A DNA stretch of 64,000 nt, taken from positions 90,337-154,336 of the forward strand of contig CAWETG010000006.1 of the NCBI GenBank assembly GCA_963812035.1. The letters run 5' to 3'. A program made the position numbers and the translations under genes. Below are positions 21,527-33,007 of the stretch, one piece after another. This stretch comes from an uncultured Gemmatimonadales bacterium. Its GTDB lineage: Bacteria; Gemmatimonadota; Gemmatimonadetes; Gemmatimonadales; JACORV01. The notes under the pieces are model-generated. The model searched no databases, was not told the origin of the DNA, and saw nothing but the letters and a program-made list of their open reading frames with translations. Numbering within the stretch: the first letter of the stretch is position 1; each line of letters opens with the position of its first letter.

Positions 21527-21961
21527 GTGGCGTATCTTTCCGCGCCGACCGGGAGGCGCGTGGAACCATCCTTCTTGAACGCGAACCAGCAGCGCCGCCT
21601 CGCGACGCACCTCCGGATGTTGCGGGAAGATCTGGAGGACGTGGCGGGGTGGCCCGAGCTTGGCCGTCCGAGCGAGCCGTACGAGACCCTGCGCGCCGTC
21701 ATCGCACGCCTCGGCGACGCGGTGACGTCACTCGGTCGCGAGCTGGCGCTCCCCACCCACGACGCGCCGCCCCTGAGGCGGCGGGTGCAGGCCACCGCGG
21801 AGATGTGGGCCAGCAGCATGGAGGACGTGAAGGCCCGGCACCTCAAGGCATACGGGCGCGTCCATCCCGAGCTGGCGGCGACTCTGGATCCTCGGGTGGA
21901 CGGGATCGTGACCCTGCTGCAGCAGATGGCGGAGCTGGCCGGGCGGCTCCCGGACCGCTAG
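21527..21961 (+). CDS. Hypothetical helical protein
   Basis: Fills the gap between flanking genes; LNANQQRRL...LKAYGRV; start uncertain (possibly GTG 21560). Confidence 0.65.
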   Translation: MAYLSAPTGRRVEPSFLNANQQRRLATHLRMLREDLEDVAGWPELGRPSEPYETLRAVIARLGDAVTSLGRELALPTHDAPPLRRRVQATAEMWASSMEDVKARHLKAYGRVHPELAATLDPRVDGIVTLLQQMAELAGRLPDR

Positions 21962-21965
21962 CCGG

Positions 21966-22739
21966 TCAGCCGAACTGCACTGACCGCTTGGTGAGGGAGC
22001 CGAAGTTGTAGCCGGTGATGGGGAAGGCAACCGGCCCCGGCTCGTCCACCGCGCTTCCCGCCGCCGCAATGACGGGCACGAAGTGCTCCTGCGTGGGGAG
22101 GGCCAGCCGGACCCCGGGCGCGCGGCTCCGGTAGTCGAGCAGCGTGTCCATGTCCTGGCGCGCGAGGACGTCGGCGGCCCACGCGTCGAACTCGGCAGCC
22201 CACGCCGGCGTGGCAGCCTCGGGCGACATGTCCATCGCCCGAAGGTTGTGAGTGAGAAAGCCGCTGCCCACGATGAGCACGCCTTCCCGGCGCAGCGGCG
22301 CGAGCGCCTGTCCGAGCGTGAACAAGGTGGCCGGGTCGAGGCTGGGCAGCGACACCTGCAGCACCGGCACGTCGGCCTCGGGGTACATCGCGATCAACGG
22401 GACGTAGGCGCCGTGATCGAGCCCGCGGTCGGACTCGATGACGGGCTGCGTGCGACCCAGCAACTCGCGCACCCGGTGCGCCAGCTCCGGCGCGGGCGGC
22501 GCGGGGTACTGCACCTGGTAGTACTTCGACGGGAAGCCGTAGAAATCGTAGACCAGCGGGACGGCGCGCGTTGCGCCGAGCGTGACCGGCTTCTGCTCCC
22601 AGTGGGCGGAGAGCATCAGCACGGCGCGGGGGCGCGGCATCGCGCCCGCCCAGCGCCCGAGCTGCAGCATCCACTCCGCGTCGTCGAGCAGGAAGGGTGA
22701 GCCGTGCGCCAGGAAGATGGACGGCAATCGGTCGGTCAT
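21966..22739 (-). CDS. DODA/LigB-type extradiol dioxygenase (YgiD-like)
   Basis: FLAHGSP, SAHW, RGLDHGAYVP, GSGFLTHNL, EHFVP. Confidence 0.92.
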   Translation of the reverse strand: MTDRLPSIFLAHGSPFLLDDAEWMLQLGRWAGAMPRPRAVLMLSAHWEQKPVTLGATRAVPLVYDFYGFPSKYYQVQYPAPPAPELAHRVRELLGRTQPVIESDRGLDHGAYVPLIAMYPEADVPVLQVSLPSLDPATLFTLGQALAPLRREGVLIVGSGFLTHNLRAMDMSPEAATPAWAAEFDAWAADVLARQDMDTLLDYRSRAPGVRLALPTQEHFVPVIAAAGSAVDEPGPVAFPITGYNFGSLTKRSVQFG

Positions 22740-22931
22740 CGTTTGGCTCCTCCGTGTTAAGAATAGTCCTGTAAACGCGAGATTCGCACTGCTGTTTGCG
22801 TTGGGCCTTGCTGCACCGGGGCTCACGTCGGATATTCAGCCACCCCTCAGGAGCGGCTCCCCCCTCCGCCGTCGGTGTAGTGCGAACGGGGGTCGTCCGT
22901 CGGGCGGCCCGAATCTACGGGAGTGCAGGCC

Positions 22932-24017
22932 ATGACCGGACCGGGGACGACCGAGCAGCAATCCCGGTGGACAGTGGAAGTGCTACGCCGTGCCGGCGCC
23001 GCCCTGAACGGGCGGATGGTGGGCGTGTGGGAGGTGGAGGACTCGGGCTCGCTCAAGCCGCTGGCCTGCAACGGCACCGAGGCGCAGGCGTGGGAAGTGA
23101 CGCCCGAGGTGAAGGTCGCCGTGACGCATCTGGCGATGCCAGCGCCGCCGGGCAGCCGCTGGGTGGCGGGCCGGCTGGCCGACGCGCAGTGGTGCGTGGC
23201 ACCGGTTCGCGACAGCGTGCCGGATCCGCCGCCGGTCGCGAACCAGGAGCGCCGCAGCCGGGAGCGGCTGGCGCTGGAGCTGGCGGGACTGTGTCTGGGG
23301 TTGAGCAGCCGGGTCGCCGGCGACGGCATGCCGGCAGATCTCGACCTGTTCGAGCGCTTCATGGAGCAGCTGGGGAGTTTCGCGCAGGACATCGGGGGGC
23401 CGCTGGCCGTGGCGCGCACCGCGGTGGTGCGAAGCGGCGCCGCGCTCGCGGAAGCCGTGCCGCCGGACGAGGCGGGGCGCGCGAGGCTGATCGATGACCT
23501 GAAGGCGGCCGGCCGGGCCCTGGAGCAGGCCGTGTCGCTGGTGCGCACGGTGCATGACCGGGCACGTGCGGTCCTGGAACACGGCGGCGAATTCGACGTG
23601 GTGCAGGTGGTGTGGTCGTGTGTCGATTCCGAGCGCCCGCAGGCGGCGCTGCGCGGTGCCTCCATCGAGCTCAAGACACTCGCCTACGTGGTGTCGGTGC
23701 CCGGCAGCGCCGAAAGCCTGCGGATGGCGGTCGCGTCGATGATCCGCCTCGCGGTGAGGGGTCTGCAGGGGCGGGTCGGCACGGTGACGGTGTCGCTGGA
23801 GAACGTGGGCCCGGTGGTGCGGCTTCTCGTGGCCGCGCCGGGGGCGGAAGTGGTGGACGGGCAGAGCGCCGTGGCGGATGCGCGGCGCGTCGTCGAGAAC
23901 GCGTTCGGCGGCACCCTCACGGTGAGTTCCGTGCCTGGCGAAGGTGCCACGATCACGCTGTCGCTCCCGGCGCCGACCCACCGGTTCCGGGACCCCGCAC
24001 TGTGGTGGGAGCGGTAG
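22932..24017 (+). CDS. Degenerate histidine-kinase-like protein
   Basis: C-terminal FGGTLTVSSVPGEGATITLSLP (HATPase end); H-box position reads FAQDIGGPL. Confidence 0.65.
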   Translation: MTGPGTTEQQSRWTVEVLRRAGAALNGRMVGVWEVEDSGSLKPLACNGTEAQAWEVTPEVKVAVTHLAMPAPPGSRWVAGRLADAQWCVAPVRDSVPDPPPVANQERRSRERLALELAGLCLGLSSRVAGDGMPADLDLFERFMEQLGSFAQDIGGPLAVARTAVVRSGAALAEAVPPDEAGRARLIDDLKAAGRALEQAVSLVRTVHDRARAVLEHGGEFDVVQVVWSCVDSERPQAALRGASIELKTLAYVVSVPGSAESLRMAVASMIRLAVRGLQGRVGTVTVSLENVGPVVRLLVAAPGAEVVDGQSAVADARRVVENAFGGTLTVSSVPGEGATITLSLPAPTHRFRDPALWWER

Positions 24018-24084
24018 CCGGAGGAACCCCAGGCTCGTCGCTCACCTTCGGCCATCCGGTTTCGTCCCTCGGTGGTCCGAATGA

Positions 24085-25245
<1,161 letters not shown>

Positions 25246-25338
25246 CCAAGACAGGTGCTAACGCCCGTCTACCATACTTCCCGTCGGCATTGGTGCGCCT
25301 GTGAAGCCGGCGTGGCCGGGGCCGGGCGGGAGGCCATC

Positions 25339-27102
25339 ATGAGACATTTCGGTCTGGCGTCGCTCGGGGCGGCAGTCGTGGCCGGCGGGATCGCGGGGTG
25401 CTATCGAGACCCGCTCAGCGGCCTCAGGGGCGGGCGATCCCTCCTGGTCCTGGATCATAGCGCCGTCGTGACGGTCACCGGGGCCACGACCGCGGTCGCG
25501 GTCTCGCTGCGAGACGGGCAGGGCAACATCGTGCCGGTCGCCGACGCCTGGTGGAGCATCGCCGACACCAGCGTGGCGGTGGTTGCGCGCGACTCCAGCC
25601 CGGTGCCCGGCAATTATGTCGCCCGCGCCACGATCGTGGGCCGCGCACGCACCGGCGGCGTGACGACCGTGAACGTGTCGGCGGGGGGATTGGCGGCCAG
25701 CGCTCCGGTTGCGGTGCTGCCCGCCAAGCTGGACGCGTCGCTGATCACGTACGGGGGCACCGCGCATCCCGATACGATCGTTCGCCCGGCTCTCCTGGGT
25801 CCCCCGCCGGAGCCGGCGATCGCGACGGTCTTCACCGCGCCCGACACGCTCGTCATCAACGGAACGGCCGCGCTGCAGTTCGACACTTCCGATTCCTATG
25901 CCGTCCACGTGCAGACCGCCGCCGGCCGCGCGGCCGGGTACGTCACATCGCGGTCGCCGACCCAGCTCAAGGTCGTGTTCGCCGTTGGGGCGGCCGGCCC
26001 ACTCGTGGTGCGAAGCCTGCTGCTGGTCACCGGCGACTCGACCTTCGGGACGCTCAGAATCGACTCGCTGACGTTCGACAGCGTGGCCGTCTCCCGCCAG
26101 CACTTCACGGGTTCAGTGACGGTCATCGGTGACACCCTGACCGCCACGGCGCCGGCTGGCACGGCGTTCTCGGTCACGTACTGCGGGTGGCCGAGCACGT
26201 TCTGCGTCTACATGTCCCCTGCCTCGCTCAGCCTCGACACCGCGACGACGGCCACCTTGAGCCTCTCGGCGGCACAGATCAGGCTCCTATCGGCGGTGAC
26301 GTACGCGGGCCCGGTCACCGTCCGTGGTCTGGTCGTCCAGCGACCCGACGGCTCGGCGTTCGCGTTCGACTCACTGAAGACCAACGGGCCGTACACCATC
26401 GCTGCCGCCACCCTTCCCGGCACGATCACCACCGGCGGGCGGCTGCTCGATACGGTAACCGTGCGCGCCGCGGCGGGAGCCTCCCTCTGGTATCCGTCGA
26501 TCACGGTGCCGGCTACCTATCCCTGCGCGGGATGCGGCTATGGCGCGTGGGTAGTTTTCTACGCTCTCGATTCGGTACGTTTCATCTCGCCCGTCGGGGT
26601 GAATGGGCCGATCCTCTTCAGCGGCGTGCTCGTCGGCAACGCGACGCTGCCGATGTACACGCGCGCGAGTCTGGTGGTGTCAGGGGCCACGACCGGAGAG
26701 CCCAACGAGCCCGGCAACGATTCGGCGGCAGGCGCCACGCCGCTGCCAGTGGGATCGGCGTACATGACGTACGGCGCGCTGAACGGATCCACCGACACGA
26801 CGGACTACTACGTGTTCCAGGTTCCATCGGCGGCCTATGTCGCGCTCAACACCTTCCAGTATCCGGGGACCGGCGCCGGCGACGCCGCGAACCCGCGCAT
26901 CTACGCATTCGTCTGCGACAGCCTGGTGGCGGGCGTCTGCAACTCGGGCGTGGACTTGGCCAAGGGTGGGGTGTTGCTGCCGCCGGGCCAGGCGTGGCTG
27001 CGGGTGACGATGCGGACGCCAACGGCGGGCTACGTCGCCTACCGCATGTCACTGTCCGAGTTCCCCACGGGGTCAGTGCGCCAGCCGGCCGACCGGCACT
27101 AG
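25339..27102 (+). CDS. Putative surface lipoprotein, beta-rich (Ig-like) hypothetical
   Basis: Lipobox IAG-C; Thr/Val/Ala-rich; EPNEPGNDSAAGATPL...DTTDYYVF C-terminal module. Confidence 0.7.
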   Translation: MRHFGLASLGAAVVAGGIAGCYRDPLSGLRGGRSLLVLDHSAVVTVTGATTAVAVSLRDGQGNIVPVADAWWSIADTSVAVVARDSSPVPGNYVARATIVGRARTGGVTTVNVSAGGLAASAPVAVLPAKLDASLITYGGTAHPDTIVRPALLGPPPEPAIATVFTAPDTLVINGTAALQFDTSDSYAVHVQTAAGRAAGYVTSRSPTQLKVVFAVGAAGPLVVRSLLLVTGDSTFGTLRIDSLTFDSVAVSRQHFTGSVTVIGDTLTATAPAGTAFSVTYCGWPSTFCVYMSPASLSLDTATTATLSLSAAQIRLLSAVTYAGPVTVRGLVVQRPDGSAFAFDSLKTNGPYTIAAATLPGTITTGGRLLDTVTVRAAAGASLWYPSITVPATYPCAGCGYGAWVVFYALDSVRFISPVGVNGPILFSGVLVGNATLPMYTRASLVVSGATTGEPNEPGNDSAAGATPLPVGSAYMTYGALNGSTDTTDYYVFQVPSAAYVALNTFQYPGTGAGDAANPRIYAFVCDSLVAGVCNSGVDLAKGGVLLPPGQAWLRVTMRTPTAGYVAYRMSLSEFPTGSVRQPADRH

Positions 27103-28220
27103 TGGCTCGTCTCTGAAGTTGCGCTAGTGATAATCATGCGCTATCTTGGAGCATGGCCCCACCCCGTGCCGCGCTGGCCCTGGCGTCCGCCGAGCGCACC
27201 GAGCTGGAAGCGATGACCCGCGCCACCCGCGTGCCCGCCGGCCTGGCCCGCCGCGCGCGCCTGATCTTGGCGCTCGCCGACGGGGCCACCTACACGGCTA
27301 TCAGCACCGCCTTTGGTGTCCCCGCGACCACCATCAGCCGCTGGCGGCAGCGCTTCGCGCGCGGCCGCGTGATGGGTCTGCGCGATGCCCCGCGCTCGGG
27401 GCGCCCCGATCGGCTGAGCCCGAGTCTGGAGGCGAAGATCCTCGCCCGCACGCAGCAGGCGCCGCCGGCCCCGTTCACGCACTGGTCCGTGCGCCGCTTG
27501 GCCCGGCACCTCGGGGTCAGCCCAGCCACCGTCCACCGGGTCTGGCAGCGCGCCGGCCTCCAGCCGCACCGCCTCGAGCACTACACCGCCAGTCCCGACC
27601 CCGAGTTCGAGCGCAAGGCCGCCGACATCATCGGGCTCTATCTCCATCCGCCCGCTCACGCGGCCGTCTTCTGCGTCGATGAGAAGACCGCCATCCAAGC
27701 GCTGGATCGGCGCGATCCCGTGCTGCCGCTCTCGCCCGGCCGGGCCGAGCGCCACGGCTTCGAGTACGTCCGCCACGGCACCCTCTCGCTCTACGCCGCG
27801 CTGGAGGTCGGTACCGGGCACGTCGACGGCCGCACCGCGATCCGCCACACCAGCCAGGAGTTCGTGGCCTTTCTCGACCACCTGCTGCATCAGCAGCCGC
27901 GCCGGCTGGCGATCCACGTGATCGCCGACAACCTCTCGGCCCACAAGACCAAGGCCGTCGCCACCTGGCTGGCGGCCCATCCGCGGGTCACGCTGCACTA
28001 CATCCCCACCTACAGCTCGTGGCTCAACCAGGTCGAGCTGTGGTTCGCGAAGATCGAGCGCGACTGCATCGCCCGCGGGATCTTCACCTCGACCGCGGAC
28101 CTGCGGCGCAAGCTGATGCAGTACATCCGCGCTCACAACAAGACGTGTCGCCCCTTCCACTGGGCGTACAGCACCCCGCAACGCCGGATTCGCGCTAGCG
28201 GAATAACTGAGACAGTCCAC
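27102..28220 (+). mobile_element. IS630-family insertion sequence with TA duplication
   Basis: TA at 27100-27101 and 28221-28222; imperfect IRs GTGGCTCGTCTCTG / GTGGACTGTCTCAG. Confidence 0.88.
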
Positions 28221-28223
28221 TAG
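27153..28223 (+). CDS. IS630 transposase
   Basis: CVDEK, IADNLSAHK, SSWLNQVELWF. Confidence 0.95.
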   Translation: MAPPRAALALASAERTELEAMTRATRVPAGLARRARLILALADGATYTAISTAFGVPATTISRWRQRFARGRVMGLRDAPRSGRPDRLSPSLEAKILARTQQAPPAPFTHWSVRRLARHLGVSPATVHRVWQRAGLQPHRLEHYTASPDPEFERKAADIIGLYLHPPAHAAVFCVDEKTAIQALDRRDPVLPLSPGRAERHGFEYVRHGTLSLYAALEVGTGHVDGRTAIRHTSQEFVAFLDHLLHQQPRRLAIHVIADNLSAHKTKAVATWLAAHPRVTLHYIPTYSSWLNQVELWFAKIERDCIARGIFTSTADLRRKLMQYIRAHNKTCRPFHWAYSTPQRRIRASGITETVH

Positions 28224-28263
28224 TTGGCGGCGGCCGCCACCGCCTAAGCCCTCCGACCCGGAT

Positions 28264-28282
28264 TCTTGATGAAATCTTGATG
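28264..28282 (+). promoter_or_regulatory. Probable KdpE-binding direct repeat TCTTGATG-AAA-TCTTGATG
   Basis: 11-bp-period repeat typical of OmpR-family sites, just upstream of the kdp operon. Confidence 0.6.
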
Positions 28283-28336
28283 CCCGGCCGTCGTTTCCTG
28301 ACCCCGTCTTTACGCTGCACGGTCTAACGTCAACGT

Positions 28337-28453
28337 ATGCTCGACCTCGTCTACATCGTCGTCACGCTGGCCTTCTTCGCCCTGATGCTCGCGTACGTCC
28401 GCGGCTGCGAGCGGCTGGGGCGGGAAGGCACGGGCGAAGAGGACCGGCCGTGA
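28337..28453 (+). CDS. Small kdp-associated membrane peptide (38 aa)
   Basis: MLDLVYIVVTLAFFALMLAYVRGCERL...; GTGA overlap with kdpF. Confidence 0.75.
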   Translation: MLDLVYIVVTLAFFALMLAYVRGCERLGREGTGEEDRP

Positions 28454-28539
28454 GCGCCGAGACCGCGATCGCGGGGATCGTGTCGTTCCTGCTGCTGATC
28501 TACCTCGTCTACACGCTCCTCAAGCCGGAGAAGTTCTGA
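28450..28539 (+). CDS. kdpF: K+-transporting ATPase subunit F
   Basis: 29 aa ending YLVYTLLKPEKF. Confidence 0.9.
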   Translation: MSAETAIAGIVSFLLLIYLVYTLLKPEKF

Positions 28540-28573
28540 GCGCGCGCGCGGCGGTCCGCGGACCGGGGGCGGC

Positions 28574-30289
28574 ATGACCCTGAACGGCTGGCTGCAGATC
28601 CTGCTGTTCGGGGCGGTGGTGCTCGCGGTCACCAAGCCCGTGGGGCTGCACATCCTCCGCGTCTACGACGGCTCGCTGCGGTGGCTCGCGCCTGTGGAGC
28701 GTGTGATCTATCGGCTGTGCGGCGTCAACCCCGAAGAGGATCAGCGCTGGACGAACTACGCGGCGGGATTGCTGCTGTTCAGCGCCGCCTCCATGCTGGT
28801 CACCTACGTCGCGCTCCGGCTCCAGGGGCACCTGCCGCTGAATCCGTTCCATCGCGTCGCGGTGACCGACCGCCAGGCGTTCGAGACCGCCGCCTCGTTC
28901 ACGACCAACACCAACTGGCAGTCGTATTCGGGCGAGACGGTGATGAGCTACCTCTCGCAGATGATGCAGCTCGCGTTCCACAACTTCACCTCGGCGGCGT
29001 GCGGCGTCGCCGTCGCGGTGGCGCTGGCGCGGGGTATCGCGCGCCGCTCGGCGGGCAAGATCGGCAACTTCTGGGTCGATCTGGTGCGGGGCACCCTGTA
29101 CCTGTTCCTGCCGCTTTCCATCGTGCTGGCGCTGGCCTTCGTCCAGCAGGGCGTGATCCAGAACTTCCACCCATACGCCACCGCCACCACGCTCGAGGGC
29201 GCGAAGCAGGTCCTGGCGATGGGACCGGTCGCGAGCCAGGAGGCCATCAAGCAGCTCGGGACCAACGGCGGCGGCTTCTTCAACGCCAATGCCGCCCATC
29301 CGTTCGAGAACCCGACGCCGTGGACCAACTTCCTCTCGATGCTCGCGATCTTCGTCGTGCCGGCCGGACTCACCTACACCTTCGGCCGGATGGTGAAGAG
29401 CCAGCGCCACGGCTGGGCGCTGTGGGCGGCGATGTTCGTGCTGTTCGCGGCCGGCGTGACGACGGCGTACTGGGCGGAAGCGCGCGGCAACCCGATCCAT
29501 GCCGCCCGCGGCGTGGACGTCGTCGCCTCGGCGACGAACCCCGGCGGCAACATGGAGGGCAAGGAGGTGCGGTTCGGCATCACCAACTCCGCCCTCTACG
29601 CGACCGTGACCACCGACGCCTCGTGTGGCGCCGTCAACAGCATGCACGACTCGTTCACCCCGCTGGGCGGGATGGTGCCGCTGGTCAACATCCAGCTCGG
29701 CGAGCTGATCTTCGGCGGCGTGGGCTCCGGGCTCTACGGGATGCTGGTCATGGCGATCCTGACGGTGTTCATCGCCGGGCTGATGGTCGGCCGGACGCCC
29801 GAGTACCTGGGCAAGAAGATCCAGAGCCGGGAAGTCCGGATGGCGATGCTCTACGTGCTCATTTTCCCGGCGGTCATTCTGCTGTTCACCGCGGCGTCGG
29901 TGGTGCTGCCCGCGGGGCTCAAGGGGCTGGGCAACGGGGGCCCGCACGGGCTGACGGAGATCCTCTACGCTTTCTCGTCCGTCACCGGAAACAACGGGAG
30001 CGCCTTCGCTGGGCTCACCGGGACGACCTACTACTACAACTCGCTGCTTGGGGTGGGCACGCTGTTGGGCCGGTTCGCGATGATGGTGCCGGTGCTGGCG
30101 CTCGCGGGCTTCCTCTCCGAGCGGCGGATCGTGCCGGCGTCGGCGGGGACGTTCCCGGTGACGACGCCGCTGTTCGTCGCGCTCTTGATCGGAGTGATCC
30201 TGATCGTGGGCGCGCTCACCTTCTTCCCCGCGCTGTCGCTCGGCCCCGTGGTGGAGCATCTGTTGATGGGCGCCGGAAGGCTGTTCTAA
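28574..30289 (+). CDS. kdpA: K+-transporting ATPase subunit A
   Basis: SFTTNTNWQSYSGE, LGTNGGGFF, FGGVGSG, NNGSAF. Confidence 0.98.
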   Translation: MTLNGWLQILLFGAVVLAVTKPVGLHILRVYDGSLRWLAPVERVIYRLCGVNPEEDQRWTNYAAGLLLFSAASMLVTYVALRLQGHLPLNPFHRVAVTDRQAFETAASFTTNTNWQSYSGETVMSYLSQMMQLAFHNFTSAACGVAVAVALARGIARRSAGKIGNFWVDLVRGTLYLFLPLSIVLALAFVQQGVIQNFHPYATATTLEGAKQVLAMGPVASQEAIKQLGTNGGGFFNANAAHPFENPTPWTNFLSMLAIFVVPAGLTYTFGRMVKSQRHGWALWAAMFVLFAAGVTTAYWAEARGNPIHAARGVDVVASATNPGGNMEGKEVRFGITNSALYATVTTDASCGAVNSMHDSFTPLGGMVPLVNIQLGELIFGGVGSGLYGMLVMAILTVFIAGLMVGRTPEYLGKKIQSREVRMAMLYVLIFPAVILLFTAASVVLPAGLKGLGNGGPHGLTEILYAFSSVTGNNGSAFAGLTGTTYYYNSLLGVGTLLGRFAMMVPVLALAGFLSERRIVPASAGTFPVTTPLFVALLIGVILIVGALTFFPALSLGPVVEHLLMGAGRLF

Positions 30290-30292
30290 GCT

Positions 30293-32338
30293 ATGGCGAC
30301 CCTGACGCGACCGCTGTTCGATCCGCCCATCGTGCGCCGGGCGATCCGCGACTCGCTCGTGAAGCTCGATCCCCGGCACATGGTCCGGAACCCGGTGATG
30401 TTCGTGGTGCAGGTCGGGAGCGTGCTCACCACGCTGGTCCTGGTCCGTGACTTGGCCGAGGGGCGCGGCGCCATCGGCTTCACGCTGCAGATCGCGCTGT
30501 GGCTCTGGTTCACCGTGGTGTTCGCGAACTTCGCTGAGGCCATGGCGGAGGGGCGCGGCAAGGCGCAGGCCGAGACGCTGCGCCGCTCGCGCACCCTGAC
30601 CACGGCGAAGCGGCTCCGCGATCCCCACGACCGCGCCTCCGTCGAGGAGGTGTCGGCCGAGCAGCTCCGCCGGGGCGACGTGGCCCTGTGCCTGCCCGGC
30701 GACCTGATTCCCGGCGACGGCGAGGTCATCGAGGGAGTCGCCTCGGTGGATGAGTCGGCCATTACCGGCGAGTCGGCGCCGGTGATCCGCGAGTCGGGCG
30801 GCGACCGCTCGGCGGTCACCGGCGGCACCAAGGTGCTGTCCGACTACCTGGTCGTCCGCATCACCGCGAATCCTGGCGAGACCTTCCTCGACCGGATGAT
30901 CGGCCTGGTGGAGGGCGCCAAGCGGCAGAAGACGCCCAACGAGATCGCGCTGATCATCCTCCTCTCGGGGCTGACGATCGTCTTCCTGCTGGCGGTGGTG
31001 ACGCTGCAGCCGTTCGCCATCTACTCCGGCGCCGCGGTGTCCATTCCGATTCTGGTGGCGCTCCTGGTCTGCCTGATCCCGACCACCATCGGCGGGCTGC
31101 TCTCGGCCATCGGCATCGCCGGGATGGACCGCATGATCCAGCACAACGTGATCGCCATGAGCGGGCGGGCCGTGGAGGCCGCGGGAGACGTGGACACGCT
31201 GCTCCTCGACAAGACGGGCACGATCACGCTCGGCAACCGGCAGGCGGTGGCCTTCATCCCCGCCGACGGGGTGACGGGTGAGACGCTGGCCGACGCCGCG
31301 CAACTCGCCTCGCTCGCCGACGAGACGCCGGAGGGCCGCAGCATCGTGGTGCTGGCCAAGACCAGCTACGGCCTCAGGGAGCGCGACCTTCGCGGCCTGG
31401 GTGCCACGTTCATCCCCTTCAGCGCGCAGACGCGGCTGAGCGGCGTCAACTTCGACGGGCGCCAGATCCGCAAGGGTGCCTCGGACGCGATCGAGGCATT
31501 CGTCGGGGGGCACGGCGGCACGCCGCCCGCGGGTGTGCGCGCCTCAGTGGAGGCGATCGCGCGCGAAGGGGGGACTCCGCTGGTGGTGGCGGAGAACCAC
31601 CGCACCCTCGGCGTCATCCACCTGAAGGACATCGTGAAGGGTGGCATCAAGGAGCGGTTCGCCGAGCTGCGCCGCATGGGCATCAAGACGGTGATGATCA
31701 CCGGCGACAACCCTCTCACCGCCGCGGCGGTGGCGGCCGAAGCGGGCGTGGACGATTTCCTCGCCGAGGCCAGGCCCGAGGACAAGATGGCGCTGATCAA
31801 GCGTGAGCAGGCCGGCGGCCGGCTGGTGGCGATGACGGGCGATGGAACCAACGACGCACCGGCGCTGGCGCAGGCCGACGTGGCGGTCGCGATGAACACG
31901 GGGACGCAGGCGGCCAAGGAGGCCGGGAACCTGATCGATCTCGATTCCAACCCGACCAAGCTCATCGAGGTGGTCGAGATCGGGAAGCAGCTCCTGATCA
32001 CCCGCGGCGCGCTCACCACCTTCTCGATCGCCAACGACGTCGCCAAGTACTTCGCGATCATCCCCGCGATGTTCATGGCGACGTACCCGGCGCTGCAGGC
32101 CCTCAACGTCATGCGCCTGCACTCGGCGCAGTCGGCGATCCTGGCGGCCGTGGTGTTCAACGCCCTGATCATCATCGCCCTGATCCCACTCGCCCTGCGC
32201 GGCGTGCAGTGGCGCCCGGCGCCGGCGGCCGCGATCCTGCGCCGCAACCTCTGGATCTACGGGGTGGGCGGCGTCCTGATCCCGTTTGCCGGTATCAAGG
32301 TCCTGGACTTGGCTCTCACCCTGCTCCATCTGGCCTAG
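30293..32338 (+). CDS. kdpB: K+-transporting ATPase subunit B
   Basis: [26 protein letters not shown]. Confidence 0.98.
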   Translation: MATLTRPLFDPPIVRRAIRDSLVKLDPRHMVRNPVMFVVQVGSVLTTLVLVRDLAEGRGAIGFTLQIALWLWFTVVFANFAEAMAEGRGKAQAETLRRSRTLTTAKRLRDPHDRASVEEVSAEQLRRGDVALCLPGDLIPGDGEVIEGVASVDESAITGESAPVIRESGGDRSAVTGGTKVLSDYLVVRITANPGETFLDRMIGLVEGAKRQKTPNEIALIILLSGLTIVFLLAVVTLQPFAIYSGAAVSIPILVALLVCLIPTTIGGLLSAIGIAGMDRMIQHNVIAMSGRAVEAAGDVDTLLLDKTGTITLGNRQAVAFIPADGVTGETLADAAQLASLADETPEGRSIVVLAKTSYGLRERDLRGLGATFIPFSAQTRLSGVNFDGRQIRKGASDAIEAFVGGHGGTPPAGVRASVEAIAREGGTPLVVAENHRTLGVIHLKDIVKGGIKERFAELRRMGIKTVMITGDNPLTAAAVAAEAGVDDFLAEARPEDKMALIKREQAGGRLVAMTGDGTNDAPALAQADVAVAMNTGTQAAKEAGNLIDLDSNPTKLIEVVEIGKQLLITRGALTTFSIANDVAKYFAIIPAMFMATYPALQALNVMRLHSAQSAILAAVVFNALIIIALIPLALRGVQWRPAPAAAILRRNLWIYGVGGVLIPFAGIKVLDLALTLLHLA

Positions 32339-32340
32339 CG

Positions 32341-32934
32341 ATGATCAAGAACCAGCTCCGTCCCGCGATCGTGATCACGGTGGTGCTGATGGTGATCACC
32401 GGGCTCCTCTACCCCGGCCTGATCACCGGCATCGCCCAGCTCCTCTTCCCGCGCCAGGCCGACGGCTCGCTGGTCACCGTCGACGGGAAAGTCGTGGGCA
32501 GCCTCTTGATCGGGCAGACGTTCGCAAGCGCCCGCTACTTCCACGGGCGGCCGTCGGCGGCCGGCAACGGCTACGACGACACGCTCTCGGGCGGCACCAA
32601 CCTCGGGCCCACCAGCGCGAAGCTCGCCGACACGCTGATCGTGCAGGCGGTGGACAGCGCGGTGAAGCTGGATCACGTGGTGAAGGGGCAGATCCCGTCC
32701 GACCTCGTCACGTCGTCCGGCTCGGGGCTCGACCCCGACATCTCGCCGGCCAGCGCCGCGCTCCAGGTGGCGCGGGTGGCGCGCGCCCGTGGGCTCACGG
32801 AGGCAGCGGTGCGGGCGGTGGTGGCTCGGCACACCGAGGGGCGCACCCTCGGCATCTTGGGCGAGCCGCGGGTCAATGTTCTGTGGCTCAATCTGGCACT
32901 CGACAGCCTCGCCGGCGCCAGATCTCACCCCTGA
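32341..32934 (+). CDS. kdpC: K+-transporting ATPase subunit C
   Basis: YFHGRPS, SGSGLDPDIS, GEPRVNVL. Confidence 0.97.
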   Translation: MIKNQLRPAIVITVVLMVITGLLYPGLITGIAQLLFPRQADGSLVTVDGKVVGSLLIGQTFASARYFHGRPSAAGNGYDDTLSGGTNLGPTSAKLADTLIVQAVDSAVKLDHVVKGQIPSDLVTSSGSGLDPDISPASAALQVARVARARGLTEAAVRAVVARHTEGRTLGILGEPRVNVLWLNLALDSLAGARSHP

Positions 32935-33007
32935 TCCGCTGATCGCAACGGGCGTCTGCGGCGCGGTCGGCCGCCGCCGTCGATTTCCATCACCGGAGAC
33001 ACTTACC

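Noticed and set aside
28520..31513. 997-aa antisense ORF and similar long shadow ORFs (e.g. 34225-37086, 43949-46135)
   Set aside because: Antisense or off-frame to well-supported genes, Arg/Gly/Ala-rich; an artefact of high GC
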